This document shows positions 8,683 through 12,225 of a DNA stretch of 12,225 bases, piece by piece. The translations under genes and the position numbers were made by a program. The notes under the pieces are model-generated. The model ran no database searches. It worked only from the letters and a program-made list of their open reading frames with translations, and was not told the DNA's origin. The stretch is from Octopus sinensis. Its lineage: Eukaryota. Where the stretch lies: NCBI RefSeq assembly GCF_006345805.1, contig NW_021826663.1, positions 1 through 12,225 of the forward strand. The letters run 5' to 3'. Numbering within the stretch: position 1 is the first letter of the stretch; every line of letters begins with the position of its first letter.

Positions 8683-8838
8683 ATGGTTGTAATTGTTGTT
8701 GTTCCCGCTGTTGTCGTACAACCCTCGGTCAACCGTGCTCGAAAGTTAGTAACAAGACAAATAAATGGCTTACTTCTGTTGTCGGCCGAGCGATAGTGAC
8801 GCTGTTCTTCATAACTTTTGTTATAAATAACCATTGCT

Positions 8839-9092
8839 CTTCTTCTTCTTCTTCTTCTTCTTCTTCTTCTTCTTCTTCTTCTTGTCAGTATATCTGCCGT
8901 TATCAATCACGTCCTGTTTACTTTGTGTTATTGGCAGCTTTACATTAGAGTCATGTTGTTGCTGTTGTTGATGATGGCGGTGCTTCTGTTGTTGTAGCTT
9001 CTTCTTCTTCTTCTTCTTCTTCTGGTGTTGCTGCTGTTGTTGAAGTACCAGTTATTGCTGTTGTTCTTGTTCTCGTCGCTGCTTCTGTCGTC

Positions 9093-9124
<32 letters not shown>

Positions 9125-9226
9125 AACTGAATAATTTTGTTGTTGTCAGTTGTTGCCGCTTTTTCATGTTTATATTGCTGCTATTTAAACAGGTTTCCTC
9201 TCTCTATAACAACAACAACAACAATG

Positions 9227-9262
<36 letters not shown>

Positions 9263-9297
9263 GTAATAATAGTAATAATGATAATGATGATGATAAT
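8839..9297. repeat. Trinucleotide low-complexity domain: (CTT)15, (CTT)8, (GTT)n, (AAC)n, (AAT)n, (GAT)n
   Basis: (CTT)15 at 8839-8883, (CTT)8 at 8998-9021, (TTG)n at about 9095-9123, AAC/AAT/GAT run at about 9208-9297, with degenerate GTT/GCT/GAT triplets between. Confidence 0.95.
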
Positions 9298-9413
9298 AAG
9301 GCTGAAGCGAATCAGTTGTAGATTGTGTAGATAATGAGAGCGGAGGAGAGAAATCTTGTTAGATGAGACAATGAGGAGAGTAATAAGCGGAGAGATAGAA
9401 AATGCTGTATCTT

Positions 9414-10955
<1,542 letters not shown>

Positions 10956-11069
10956 TCTACTGCTCATAATTCTCCCTATATTCTGTTTGTTTCATTTGAT
11001 ATTTTATATTTTCATAACAATTTCCCCTCATTCTCCCTTACTTTCTCTTCAAATCTTATCCCTCCCCCA

Positions 11070-11225
11070 CTCTCTCTCTCTCTCTCTCTTTCTTTGTCTC
11101 TCTGCTTGCACACACACACACACACACACATATGTCTGTGTATGTGTGTCTTTCTATACGCATGGAATAAGCGGGAGAGACTTAAACGAGAGCGAATGGA
11201 TAGAGAGAGAGAGAGGAGGGGGGGA
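11070..11225. repeat. (CT)n, (CA)n, (GA)n short microsatellites
   Basis: (CT)n at about 11070-11088, (CA)n at about 11109-11130, (GA)n and G-run at about 11202-11225. Confidence 0.85.
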
Positions 11226-11334
11226 GGATGGAGGTGGAAGTGTGAGAAGATGCAACGAAAGAGAAGAATGGCGCGCCGAAACGAAAGCGCCGAAGCGTGT
11301 GTGGGTGGAGTAAACTACATTTGAGTCTGCGCGT

Positions 11335-12102
11335 GTGTGTATGTGAGTATGTATATTTGTGTGTGTGAGAATGTGTATTTATATATATGTAAGTACGTAT
11401 GTATGTATGTATGTATGTATGTATGTGTGTATATATGTATGTATGTATGTATGTATGTGTATGTATGTATGTATGTATATGTATGTATGTATGTATGTAT
11501 GATGCACGTACGTGTGTGTGTATGTGTGTGAGAGTACGTACGTTTGCACGTACGTATGTATGTACTACGTATGTATGTGTGTGAGTATGTATGTATACAT
11601 TTATATATGTGTGCATGTATGTATATGTGTGAGTATGTATGTATGTGTGTGTGTATGTACTTTGTTCGCATGTATGTATGTGTGTGTATGTTTTTATGCA
11701 TGTATGTGTATGCATGCATGTATGTACGTATATATGTGAGGATATGTACATTTATATATGCATCCATCTACGTGAGAATGAATATTTATATGTATGTATA
11801 TATGTATGTATGTGTGTATGAATGTATGTATGTGTGTGTGTATGTATATGTGTGTGTGTATGTATATGTGTGTGTATGCATGTATGTATGCATGCATGTA
11901 TGTATGCATGTATGTGTGTATGCATGTATGTATGCTTGTATGTGTTTATGTATGTCTATGTATGTGTATGTATGTATGTGTGTATGTATGTATGTATTTA
12001 TGTATGTGTTTATGTACGTATGTGTTTATGTATGTATGTATGTATGTATGTATGTATGTATGTATGTATGTGTGTATGTATGTATGTATGTGTGTATGTA
12101 TG
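11335..12102. repeat. (TATG)n/(TG)n compound microsatellite
   Basis: About 770 bp dominated by tatg units; source of the MYVC ORFs. Confidence 0.96.
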
Positions 12103-12110
12103 ACAGTCAG

Positions 12111-12210
12111 GAGATGTTGCACATACTGCTGATGGAGGAGAACGTTTTCTTCAGAACATTCTGGAAATCAATAACTACATCGTTGCAATCTACTTGGAAG
12201 GAAAGAATAA
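12111..12210 (+). CDS. Candidate internal coding exon, product unknown
   Basis: Unique sequence right after the TATG array; CAG at 12104-12106 and 12108-12110; strong donor-like AA|GTGAGA at 12211-12216. One open frame gives DVAHTADGGERFLQNILEINNYIVAIYLEGKN; a second frame (EMLHILLMEENVFFRTFW...) is also open. No classical pyrimidine tract. Confidence 0.3.
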
Positions 12211-12225
12211 GTGAGATCATAGAGC

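Noticed and set aside
11265-11300. Small CpG-rich patch ggcgcgccgaaacgaaagcgccgaagcg after a GA-rich tract
   Set aside because: Too short for a CpG island or promoter call, with no associated core-promoter or exon signal.

Overview
AT-rich, microsatellite-saturated eukaryotic genomic DNA with no complete gene. Roughly half the window is (TA)n/(TG)n/(TATG)n/trinucleotide arrays. This repeat landscape and the SINE types point to an octopus (cephalopod) intron or intergenic region; that taxon call is inference. Supported content: (1) a short + strand segment (2444-2521) encoding the C-terminal signature of a C-type lectin domain (W-Q-D-x-x-C-x6-Y-I-C-E-K-stop), apparently frameshifted relative to its best splice acceptor; (2) three tRNA-derived SINEs within 1.65 kb (7036-8682), two with clear target-site duplications and a shared 5' half but unrelated 3' tails, plus an inverted orphan SINE tail; (3) a near-perfect 121-bp fold-back palindrome (6062-6182) whose arms carry the 3' two-thirds of a minimal hammerhead ribozyme motif, as expected of a Penelope-like terminal repeat inverted at the catalytic core; (4) a possible hAT-type MITE; (5) two weaker candidate + strand exons. 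Nearly all ORFs in the supplied track are translations of simple repeats. I found no evidence of a wholly new multi-gene system; the hammerhead-derived hairpin and the lectin exon are the best leads.
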